This document shows, piece after piece, positions 15,037 to 41,173 of a DNA stretch of 64,000 nt; positions within the stretch are counted from its first letter, which is position 1; every line of letters begins with the position of its first letter. The stretch is from NCBI GenBank assembly GCA_963693365.1, contig CAVNZM010000014.1, positions 3,224,001 to 3,288,000 of the forward strand, written 5' to 3'. Under the pieces are notes generated by a model. It ran no database searches. It had not been told where the DNA came from and was given only the letters and a program-made list of their open reading frames with translations. Position numbers and translations under genes: made by a program. The DNA comes from Amoebidium appalachense. Its lineage: Eukaryota > Protista > Ichthyosporea.

Positions 15037-15197
15037 ACACACATACACACACAGAGGATGTGCAACTAGGCAACCCCGAGTACTACACCCTCATCCACAC
15101 TGGGATTGTGGTGGCTGCAGCCTGGCTGGGCCTATCTGTATATCTCGGCCAGATGTTTAAAAATTCAAGGGGTCAGGTGCACGACCACAACCCATGA
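2508..15197 (+). CDS. TLC/NTT-family (ATP/ADP translocase-like) MFS transporter, 12 exons, ~467 aa
   Basis: Phase-compatible exons: 2508-2701, 3451-3523, 4499-4613, 5433-5585, 6282-6311, 7816-7910, 9706-9857, 10765-10904, 12400-12458, 12925-13066, 13887-13994, 15055-15197 (1404 nt, ends TGA). Family motifs: [81 protein letters not shown]. Many hydrophobic segments. All introns GT-AG except one GC-AG (donor 5586). Confidence 0.88.
5205..5322 (+). pseudogene. Degenerate duplicate (pseudo-exon) of the start of transporter exon 4 with its acceptor
   Basis: ..GCAG|GCATGAGGGGCAACTCGAGTGTAGGTGTTGGGTGGCTATTCTAAGTGTGG.. vs real ..GCAG|GTATGAGCGGGGATTCGAGTGTAGGTGTGGGGTGGCTGTTCTACGTGTGG..; TAC has become TAA. 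Confidence 0.8.
6580..6830. repeat. Degenerate ~30-bp minisatellite
   Basis: Recurrent AGCACACTACACAC...ATATATAC units. Confidence 0.7.
7167..7330. repeat. Two-copy ~80-bp direct repeat
   Basis: GATAAGGGCATGGGGGAAGATACAGAAAGGAGGTCGGGGGGGCGCGTGGGGGTGGGG occurs twice in tandem. Confidence 0.85.
8755..8935 (+). repeat. Structured interspersed element, divergent copy
   Basis: TCTGAGTTGG...GGTCGAAACTCGGG...GATGACGTGGGCCCCCCCTGAGGATGGGCTCTGCTTAT...GTACTTCGTAC...GCATTCAAAACCCCCC, colinear with 9050-9262. Confidence 0.7.
9050..9262 (+). repeat. Structured interspersed element (SINE-like), longest copy
   Basis: Near-identical to 11379-11545 and 14845-14992. Internal inverted repeat GTCTGAGTT...AACTCAGAC and hairpin GGGCCCTCC-CTGA-GGATGGGCTC. 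Ends in CATTCAA followed by poly-C. Confidence 0.8.
10564..10745. repeat. ~30-bp tandem repeat, ~6 degenerate units
   Basis: AACCTTTTATGGTTATCTTTCAC-like units ending just upstream of exon 10765. Confidence 0.75.
11379..11545 (+). repeat. Structured interspersed element, 5'-truncated copy
   Basis: CTCAGACGCAATTGATGACTTGGGCCCTCCCTGAGGATGGG...CATTCAA, with C-runs on both sides. Confidence 0.8.
14845..14992 (+). repeat. Structured interspersed element, further 5'-truncated copy
   Basis: TTGGGCCCTCCCTGAGGATGGGCTCTGCTCATGACGCATACTGTGCGCATGG...GCATTCAAA followed by poly-C. Confidence 0.8.
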
Positions 15198-15669
15198 ACC
15201 ACCTTCAAACCCCCCAAAGAAACGAAGTTTTCCACATTGAAACTGTGGTGGCCGCAGCCTGGCTGGGTCTATCGGTATATCTCGACCAGATGTTCAAATT
15301 CAAGGGGTCTGGTGCACGCTCACAACCCTGAAACCACCTAGAACCCCCCAAGAAATGAAAATTAGGCAGGGATCCGGTGAATGCACACGGTTCATAGCTG
15401 CTAAAAACCCCTTCAAGAAACGAAATTTAGGCTGGGTTGGTGTGGCGTTGCTGTATAAATTTGTGCTGTCTACTGTTCTTTTAATGATAGTCACTTTGTT
15501 TTTGTTTTGTATTGTTTTTTTTTTTAAAACTGCTGTGATGTGTGTTGGTGTTTTGCACGTGATGAGTTTGCTTTGTATGCAACATAGTGTATGGCATAAG
15601 ACACGCCCAATTGCATCTTTATAATACCAGGGGGCAAAAGTTCTTTGTTTCTTTGTTTTCCCCCCGTCT

Positions 15670-15702
<33 letters not shown>

Positions 15703-15898
15703 GTTGGGGTGTTAGAGTGCTTGGTGATTTTCTTAGTGCTTGCTTTTTTTAGGCGCCACTAGCATAGAAGGCTATTTTAGGGTGTATGATAGTTGATAAT
15801 GTGGATTCTGATTCAGTGATTGTCAAACACGCGGCTATAAGATTACACCCACACCCCGCACACACGTGCGCGCGCGCACACACATGCACGCGCATGCG

Positions 15899-15934
<36 letters not shown>

Positions 15935-16498
15935 TCTCGCCACCTTCCTCCTCCCACACACATCACATACACATCCATAAACAGGCAGTGCCCTCCGTAT
16001 GCACACAGGCACAAGTACACCCACAGCACACACACACACACATATCAAGACATCCCCTGTTGTATCTCTTGGGGCCTATTTAGTTTTTTTTTCGTAATGG
16101 CAAGCAGATGCCTGCCAAAATTGATGAACATATAAATGCCTGTGAACGCTGATGCAATTGTGCAAAGATCAACAGCTAGCAATGGCCCCCAATCTCCCCT
16201 TGAAGTCTCCCCGCTTCCCTTTCTTACCCTTACGAACACTGCCATCACGGTGACCGAACACACACACACCGAAGCTCACACAGAAACACACCCACATCAA
16301 ACCAGCACCGTTTTTATTTTTTTATTTTTTATTTTTATAATTTTTTATTTTTTATTTTTTTGGTTGTTGTTGTTGCTGTTGTTGTTATTGGGGCGGAGGG
16401 AGGAGGGGGGGGGCTGCTGTAAGGGGGATCCGGAAGCAAAGGTCCGGGGCCTCTCTATTCGGCTCCCACACGTGTCGCAATAGACAACCAACTGGGTC

Positions 16499-16542
<44 letters not shown>

Positions 16543-17958
16543 AGCGCTAGATTACTGGCTAGCAAGGCCTCCTACTATAGCACCCCTCAAAGCCCTAATT
16601 GCCAGACTGTATAACGCATACATGAATGCAGTGTGCAGAACAACATGTTCCACTCTTGCCACAGGTGATGTGGATGATCATTTTATATTTCGAATTCAGA
16701 GAAGCCTGACACATGACACACGCATCCTTGTGGCTGTCACAAGGAATTTCATTATGGCTGCCACAAGGTGGCGATCGGAGATCTCAGCCTAGGTCATTCG
16801 TATAAGCGAAATTTCTGTTTGTGGCATGTCCCTATCACACTCACAAGTAGACTGTGGGAGCTGAACTGACCCGATGGCATTTCCAATCACTAGAAACCGA
16901 GATCTCAGGTCCGACCTTTGTGGCAGCCACAAAATCTTCCCTTGTGGCAATGCCAGCCACAAAGTGATTTGACGATGTGTCAATTTTGACTTAAAAACCA
17001 CAAACCACATGGAAAAACGATTCCATTTGGCAGCAGGAGGAAAGATTTCCACTCTGACAACAGGTCATGTAACAGGTCATCTGGCCAACAGCAATATATA
17101 TTCGGAGACAAACCGCATGGAAAAACGATTACCCATTGCACAAACTTTACAACTATTACCCACCCGCTTTGTTTTGCACTGCAGGAGAATTTTTTTAGGA
17201 AAGCAAGCGTGCATGCACGTACGCGTGCAAATGTTTTCATGAGCATGTGTTTCCAGGAGGTGCATGTGGGTGCGCGGCGTGTGCGTGTGTGTGTGTGTGC
17301 ATGTGTCACAGTGTATGCATACGTTTAAAAAAAAATACACAACCTCTGAATAGTTGGGCAGACTGCATGCATTCAACACCTCAAACGCAATAAACATTCT
17401 TTGGGTTTATTCCCTCAACGTACATACTCCATACGTTTTCTATATGTTGCATATATATTCACCTGCTAGCCATGCCGTTTGATGCAGAGATGCGGCACCA
17501 CCTTGGCAGAAAATTAAAGGAAACTACTAAGTCCAGCCCACAGATGGCCGTGGTCCAGCCCCAAATCCTCATTCCAATATCCTTACGAACGTACTACCCT
17601 ATATGGGGAGACAAATATGTGGACGGACAGTCGGACTGCCGGCTGAAACCATCTGATGTGACGTCACAGCCATTGCTGCCGCGAATCATACACGACTACT
17701 CTGAACTTGACTCGATTTGGAAAATTCGGTAAGCCGCAGGGTCACATTTGAAGACTAATCCACTACTGAGACCTTGGCATTAAAATGAAGCTAAAGAATA
17801 ATCGGGAAAAAGACTTGCACCGAAAATTTGGAGAACACACGGACGAACAAACACGCCAATTAGCTTCATCATCACTTTACCATAAAGGAATACTACGTCC
17901 TTTAACTACTCTAACCCCCTGCGTACTTTAAAATCTATAAAGAAAGGGACTTGCCATA

Positions 17959-18599
17959 TCAGTCTCTCGGTGATGGGGAGCGGTCGTTCTTCTTTTCGGC
18001 TGCCGGGGAAGGGCTACGTGACCTGTATGTTAAACGGGGGGGGGGGACCGTTGAAATATTAGAATAAGCCAATACCGAATCCCATCTCTTAACCATTTTT
18101 CTGGCTCAGAGCACCAATATCATGTGCGATATCAAAAGGTACAACCTCCCCGCGGGGGGAGGCGGCGGGGGGGGGGGGGGGGGGGGGGAAGAGCATGTGT
18201 AGGTCACTGTTCCTAAATATGCATTTCCTTTTCGCTCTCTCTCTTTTTGGGGGGGAGGGGGGAGGGGGGAGGGGGGAGGGGGGGGGGGGGGGGGCTGGGG
18301 GGGATTCAAGGAGCTTGAAGCTGGACGCAAGAAGCGGATCACAGACAGATAGAGACACGATACAAAGCATAGGGAATAGGAGCAAGAAAGTGGAACCGAG
18401 AAAGGAAAATAGATGAAGAAAGATAGGTAGCAAAAATGTAACGTTACCTGGGGGAGAGGGAACCCGGAGAGCGTGGTTGGTCACGAGGTGGTGTTGGACT
18501 CTGGCGCGGAGGTGGGGAACGGGATTGAGACCTGGAAAAAAAAAAAAAAAAAAACAAGGATCAATATTGCTTGTGGCCATAGCTGTGACTATGTGAATG

Positions 18600-18646
<47 letters not shown>

Positions 18647-19602
18647 CGCGCGCACATGTGTTACGAGAAGAGCTGATAAAAAACCCTGGCATTTCATGCA
18701 TAAGAGCACAAACCACTTCGCCAACAGAATTCAGGGAGCAGAATTACTATGTAAGACCACATGCCTGATAGGGGAGGGAAAAGGGGCAGCACAGTAAAAG
18801 CACACAAGCTCACATAACACATAAACCTATCATTTTTGTTAAGCAGATTCATATTTCTGCCCACCTGCCCAAACGCGCAATCCGGCGCACATTCCCATTA
18901 TAAATATTCTTTACCCAATCTCCAACTCCATCTATCCTCTGCGCGTTGCTATCTCCGTTTTCACTGGAGAAAAGGTTCAAAGCAGACTATGTAGCTGTCA
19001 GACTAGCAAAATTTAGCGGCCGCCGGCTGAAATCGCTTTGACATGTGACGTCATCTCTCGATTGAATTTTCCCGGAAGTCTGTAGTCCGTTAAAGCTCAT
19101 TTCCATTTCCATCTCCAACTCCATGGATCCATCTATCCTCTGCCCGTTTCCATATCCGTTCCCACACATTCAGAGCCCATTTCCATCTCCCTTTCCACCT
19201 ATCTGGGGCCTGAATCCGAAATGTCTCATTTCCATCTCTGTTTCGATCTATCCTCTGCCCATGTCCATCTCCTTCTCCATCTCATTTCCACCTAGCTTCT
19301 GCCCATTAAAAAATATCCCCTGCCCCATCCCTATACTACCACAACACCCACCTTTCAGCTGGAGACCTGCGCGGGGACACCTTTTCACGTTGGGGTGATG
19401 GGCTCCTACGCCTCTGCTGAGGGGACCGGGACCGGGATCGGGCCCGTGACCTGTACGGCCAAGTCACATCAGACGTTGAGCAATCTTAATCGCTGCATCT
19501 CTCTTACACTCACCCCCCCCCCCCCCCCCCCCCCCCACTTTCTTTCTCTCTCTCTCCTCCCCCCCCCCCCCTCCCCCCCCTCTCACTCACTCTCCTCACG
19601 AG

Positions 19603-19643
<41 letters not shown>

Positions 19644-20498
19644 GGGGAGGGGGAGAGGACACTGTGTGTGCTGCTCTCCTTATGTTACTTTAACCTCTTG
19701 AGGACCGTAAATTTCACGAGATCGAGATCGAGGTCACCAGCACGGAGACGACCAAGTTTGTGCTTTAATGTGAACATGAAGTTGATAGGAGCTAGCCAAA
19801 TAAAAGTTGCACGAGATTAGAAAATACACTTATCCCTCGTCTTATGCAAAAAAAGATTGAACTTTACTCTAATAACGATACCTTATATATGGTGTATGTA
19901 CAAAGGGTGCTTGCCGGCTTGACGAGTCAATGACTTCATCGAAATGATATCAATGGAATCTTCTGATTGGACCATTCTGAAAATGGCTCCAAATGGTAAA
20001 ACATGATTGGCCGGTTCAGTCGACATTCGATGGCAACTCCAAGATTTTCTCAAAATCTGGAAAGTCACTCCAGAAACAGATATAAAAGTATACGAAATAA
20101 TGATATTATCCCAAAACCATCTTAGTAACGTTTGTAGGTAAGACATATACCTGTCGGCATATGCAATTTATTTGAGCCTTTTCTGTCGATTATGAGCCGC
20201 AATAGAGTTGTTTAGGTCCCTACCGGCTGCTGGTAGATTCAATTAGTCAGGTCCTCTAGAGGTTAATGGCAGGCCACTGCAAGGCATCAAGTCATGTTCT
20301 TGGCTGTGTATTTTAAAACTAACACTGTAAGACCCCCCCCCCCCCCCCCTCCCCCCCCCCCCCCCCCCCCCCCCCTCCCCCGGGTGCCGAAAACAAAAAC
20401 ATAACAAACAGAAAATTTCTCCCTTTCCCTTCAGGATCACGAAGGGGAAAGCAGTTAGAGGAATTATTTAAATCAACAAGCAGTGACATTCGCCTCTT

Positions 20499-20543
<45 letters not shown>

Positions 20544-20589
20544 CCGGCCCCACCCCATCCCCCCTTCCATCCCTCCCAAACCTAATGAC

Positions 20590-20620
<31 letters not shown>

Positions 20621-20726
20621 AAAAAAAAAAAAAAAACCAAGAACACACATAGGCAAACATTCAGAAAGAAAATGAACTAAGGAAAGGAGCACCAGGGCAT
20701 GACCTATCAAAGGCCAATCATGAGAC

Positions 20727-20762
<36 letters not shown>

Positions 20763-21061
20763 CCCTCTCCCTTGCCACCCCCCCCCCCCCTCTCTCCCCC
20801 CCCCCCCCCCCCCCCCCCCACCAAAAAAAAAAAAGACATGCATGTGCGCACATACAGGTCCACACACACACGTGCCCAAACACATACACACACACACACA
20901 CTCTCTCTCTCTCTCTCTCTCTCAGCCATGCACAAAAATAAAAGCCCACGGTTTTCCCGGCCTTGTGCAAACAAAAATCACAACCGCAACCACAAACGCA
21001 CGTCACACACAAGCAAAAAACCAAGTACTACCATGATTACGCATACCCACCCACCCACCCA

Positions 21062-21098
<37 letters not shown>

Positions 21099-22124
21099 AC
21101 ACACACACGCACACACATACTTGTCTGGAGACGCCTTTTCACGTGGTGGTGTAGGGCTCCGCCTAGCCTTTACAGGAGACCTCGATCGGGACCTCCCCCT
21201 CCGGGACGGGGATTCACGTGCCCCTCTGGGGGGATCTCTCCCTCTCCCTCTCCCTCTCCCTTCTGCTATCTCCTCCCCTCCGTGTGCAGTCTCTCGTGCT
21301 ATGGCTTCTGCTTCCGCACTCACGGCAATCGTCAATGTTGTCGCGGCGGCGATCACGATCACGATCACGCCCGCGCTCGCGATTACGGTCATAATCTTGG
21401 TCGCGAACTCGGCGGGGGGTAGCTGGCCCTCGGCCAGTGAAGTAGCAAACCTCTGTGTAAATAAGTGCATATGTGAGTTACAGGAATTTTGGGTGGGCAT
21501 TTCTCCTTGACCTGTGTAATCACCCGACTTGCCACCCTGCTAAACTCGTTTCCCTACAACTTTCTATTCCCTACCTACCTTGCCCCCCCCCCCCCCCCCC
21601 CCCCCCTCCCTCCCCCCGCCCCGCCATCTCAGTCACCCTTACCCAACTCCCCAAAACCGACCGCCGGCCGCTTTCTTACGTTTGGACAACTTCGAGCCCG
21701 CGCACCGCCCCTCGACATACCAAACCGACTCGAAAACCGGGCTCACCGCAAGAGAGAACTGCAACAGGGAGACAAAAAAGACCAAAGAAAAACATGAGGG
21801 AGCCAGGGATCGAGGCATGTGAAAGTGCACACTATGTCTCTGTTGGAGAGGTAGGTTTGGGCAAGGAGACAAGGTAAGCCAAAAATATTGGTGATGCTTA
21901 CTCAGAGTGTTGCCTCGAAAACTTGTACCATCCATGCGCTTGATGGCATCCTCAGCATCCCTTCTGTCTTCGTACCAAACGAACCCGAACCCAGGTGGCT
22001 TGTGTGCTATCCACACATCGGTCATCTTGCCAAAGCGCTCGAATTCGTTACGAAGGTCATAGTCACGGACCGAGTCTGGAATGTTACCAATGTAGAGCTT
22101 AATGCCCTTGTGATCGCGAGACAT
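17959..22124 (-). CDS. SR splicing factor (RRM + CCHC zinc knuckle + RS domain; SRSF7/9G8/RSZ-like), 5 exons
   Basis: Exons (minus): 22124-21902 (RRM: KLYIGNI...KPPGFGFVWYEDRRDAEDAIKRMDG), 21452-21121 (knuckle CRECGSRSHSTRDC, then RS/SP repeats), 19450-19352, 18531-18448, 18022-17959 (..DRSPSPRD TGA). All GT-AG. One extra base must be removed from the G6 run at 21228-21233 to keep the RS frame. Confidence 0.88.
19694..20262. mobile_element. Non-autonomous piggyBac-like DNA transposon (569 bp) in an intron of the SR gene
   Basis: TTAA on both sides (19690-19693, 20263-20266). 13-bp TIRs CCTCTTGAGGACC / GGTCCTCTAGAGG (1 mismatch). AT-rich interior without microsatellites, containing a stop-interrupted reading frame. 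Confidence 0.8.
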
Positions 22125-22679
22125 GGCGCCAGTAACTTGATATCTTTTATGAAATGGACGTTATCATCCGATGTTCCGGTTTGCGTGCTCAAATCTTGCT
22201 TCGTGACTAAGAAGTGAACTGGAGTAAGCCTCGTTAGCTATTGCCTCGACCTTTAGGACAGAGAGGAGACAGATGTCTCATTAAGTGACAAGGTTGTCTA
22301 TCGTATGGAAAATCTTGATGTATGTAGATAAGGATGTTATTTTGCTAGGTCAAATGGTCGTCTTGTCGCAGTGTTGGGGTGCTGGGCATCTATCTATATG
22401 CGTGTGCACCCCAAACCGATGCAAGACAAAATGGGGCTCCACTGAGTTACTGAAGCGGACGTACTTTCCTCAATATAGTTCTATATACTACTCACTAGAG
22501 GTGTCTATGTTTTTTTGACACCTGATTCTTTCACCAGCAAACGGATCTGATTAGCACAGCTATACCTAAGCATACAGAAGCAAAAAAAAATACACTGAGA
22601 CTCGGAAACGACGGAAAGGCCTTGTTTTGAGACCAACACAGCAACCAGACGTTGACTCACGTAAGCATGTATAATATCT

Positions 22680-22744
22680 GATTGGTTTACAGAGTAAATA
22701 TGCAGTGATTGGCTGAAAGCGCAGCAAACAAAAGCAACGATTGG
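22680..22744. promoter_or_regulatory. Three regularly spaced CCAAT boxes in the divergent SR/MAU2 intergenic region
   Basis: GATTGG at 22680, 22707 and 22739 (27-32 bp spacing), in a microsatellite-free 1.2-kb head-to-head gap. Confidence 0.5.
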
Positions 22745-23290
22745 TCAAGACTGCAATGCACCACAAAGGATCACACACATCATGCTTGCACCGTAGGTTT
22801 CATGTAAAGTACACAGGACACCTTCCAAAATATGTATACTAAAAAAATCACCCCTGTAAAGTTCATTCTTTTCTTTTTCCTTTTTATTATATGAACAGGT
22901 GCCAACATGTATGGGAGAGTCTTGAAAGTTTGAAACATAAGACTGACAGCCTCTGAGCCACCGGCACCGGTGAATTCGTGGTGAGAAATATTAGACTTAT
23001 ATGGTGCCATTTCTACTTCATTTATTGGCTGTTACTGTAAGGCGCGAAAACGCCATGGTGGACCGGGCCGTCTGCCACCCTCAGCTGCGCAACAGTATTC
23101 AAAAACGTGAACTTCCATCAGGATGTGATGTGCCCACATTTCTTCTTTTGGCACTGATATAACACGAAGTGCAGTCCATACACCTCACTCGACACGGGCT
23201 AGCGTGCACGCAGGGCAGTCCTGCTCTCGTAACCTCACCGCACTTTCTTGTTAGGTCCGAGGTTAGTTTACATCCTGTCGGACTAGCTAT

Positions 23291-38656
<15,366 letters not shown>

Positions 38657-39238
38657 AGACTACCAGCCGGAACCGCCCCTCAACCGGTCTTGATCATCGT
38701 CGCTACAGATGTAATAAGAGACGTATCAGCCAGTTGCAGCATATTAAACGGGCGGGCTCGAACAAGCACGGTTTTCTGTCTACCCAATTTGTTGTTGTTT
38801 TTCAAATTCGGCCACGGCCGCGGCATGATGGAGTCGACCAATCAGCAACACGATGATTCCGATACTTCTTCTATTGTTTTGCCACCGGCTGACGTGTCTC
38901 CTACCTGCTAATATAAATATAACACACGAGAGGGGTCCTGGTTCATCGTCATTGCGAAAAGAAAAACGACGCTTTCACACACGTGGGGTGGGTGCGTGGA
39001 AGGCAAAGCATGCTCGGAGCGCTTGTATCCACATCCATGTGATCTTCATACTCTTCTGAATACAGGTACACACACTTTGTTGGGGAGGGGGGGAAGGGGG
39101 GGTGGGGGGAGGGGGGGGGGGTGGAGGGGAGGGCTCTGAGGGTGGCGGGGGAGGAGGGGGTGGGGGTCACGGTGGGGGTGGTGGGGTGGGGGAGGAGGAG
39201 GAGGGGGGGGAAAGGGATGGAGGAAGGAGGACGGAGGA

Positions 39239-39277
<39 letters not shown>

Positions 39278-39910
39278 TTGCATAGTGCTAGCTAAAATTG
39301 TTGGGCGAGTGCAGAAACGGCTGTGCACATTTCGAATGACTTGACAATGGTGAACGTTTTATGAAAGAGTAGTAGTAGTTGAATGTATAGTGATGAGATA
39401 ATAGCTATAAACGTATTGATACGGCACAAATGATTTATTGATATAGTAAAGGCATAGACTGAATTAGGAAATTTGAGCTATTATTTTGCCTCTTGAAGGT
39501 TTCGTTTGTAAGAATCCTTCTACCCCTACGGTAACCGTCGTCTATATACACTGGCATATCTATATAAACGATTGTGCATACTGTCGGTTAGGAAGGGAGG
39601 GTCATACGTACCGGATGATATTTTACCTATCAATTACTATTCGCTTACTGAAAGTATGTAGTGTGATTGTGTGTGTGTGGTGAATGTCACAGGAGGAAAG
39701 CGAAGTTTCTTTTGGATTGATTAACAAAGTTTTCGGCATTTTTTTTCCTGTGTGTGCACTTTGTGTGTGTTTGTGTGTGTGTGTATAAAAATGTATGTAT
39801 TCTTGTCACGTTATGCAAGTTGACAACTCAATGAGCAGTGCTGCTGGTTATTAAGACATTTCTCGGGATCATAGGTTAATGATTAAAGGTTATAGGTGTG
39901 TGTGTGTGTC

Positions 39911-39986
<76 letters not shown>

Positions 39987-40472
39987 AGTGTCACAGTGTG
40001 ACACAGGAAAGAAGGGGGGGGGGGGAGGGGGGCTGTTTTGAGAGTCACGGTAAGAGAAAGATAATAGAGGGAGAAAGACTGAGAGAAGGTGCTTCACCGA
40101 GAGATTGAGAGTGAGGGGGGGGGGGGGGGGGGGGGGGAGGGATCAGAGAGAGAGAGAGACTGGCATATGGGGGAGAGGGGGTCGAGGGGGGGTCTCAGAG
40201 AAACAATGAGTGAGTGAGTGAGTGAGAGAGAGAGAGAGAAGAGAGAGAGAGAGTCACGTAGAGAGAAAGACAGAGATCATAGACAGAGAGGGGGGGGGGG
40301 GGGGGGAGGGAATTGGAGGGGGAGGGGGGGGGGGGAGAGAGAGTGTGTGGGAGGGGAGGGGGGAGAAAGAGAGCGAGAGGGACGGAGAAAGAGAGGGGGG
40401 CAGGGGGGGCTAGAGAGGGAGACGAGACGCGGGGGGGGGGGGGGGGGGGGGGGGGCTAAGGAGAGAGGGAGG

Positions 40473-40514
<42 letters not shown>

Positions 40515-40997
40515 GAGCGAGAGAGAGAGACTGAGAGAGGGAGTAAGGGGGGGGGGGGGGGAGGGGAAGAGAGAGAGAGAGAGAGAGAGAGAGACTGGAG
40601 AGATAGGATGCCCGAGGAAGAGAGAGAGAGAGAGACTGAGAGAGGGGGAGAGGAGGGGGAGGGGGGGGGGGGGGAGGGAGAGAGAGAGAGAGAGACTGGA
40701 GAGATAGGATGCCCGAGAAAGAGAGAGAGAGAGAGACTGAGAGAGAGACAGAGAGAGAGAGAGAGAGGGAGAGAGAGAGAGAGAGAAGGAACTAGTCTCA
40801 TAGAGATTGCCAGTGTGTGCCACGGCAATTGCAACGGTGTGCATGGACACCGTTTTGTGCACCACTTCCGTTAAGGGTCACAGCGAGTGTCTGTGAGTGT
40901 CTGTGTGTGTGTGTGTGTGTGTGTGTTCCAGAGCACCTTTGTACACGAATAGAAACAACCACACTACGTAACACAGTAAAGTTACAAACAAGTAAGT

Positions 40998-41032
<35 letters not shown>

Positions 41033-41131
41033 ACGGTGTGTGTGTGTGTGTGTGTGCGTGTGCGTACACACGTGTGTGTGACACACTGTGTGTGTGTACG
41101 TGTGTGCGTGTGTGTGTATGTGTGTGTAGTG

Positions 41132-41173
<42 letters not shown>

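Noticed and set aside
17472-17732. 86-aa ORF between the transporter and SR genes
   Set aside because: No recognisable motif; probably antisense to the SR 3' UTR.
19716-19760. Plus-strand TRSRSRSPARRR peptide antisense within the SR gene
   Set aside because: It lies inside the piggyBac-like element's subterminal GAGATC repeat and is coincidental.
38657-38911. About 84 open codons in frame after the MAU2 TAA (possible readthrough)
   Set aside because: The stop is at the expected MAU2 C-terminus, TAA-A is not a known leaky context, and the extension has no recognisable features.
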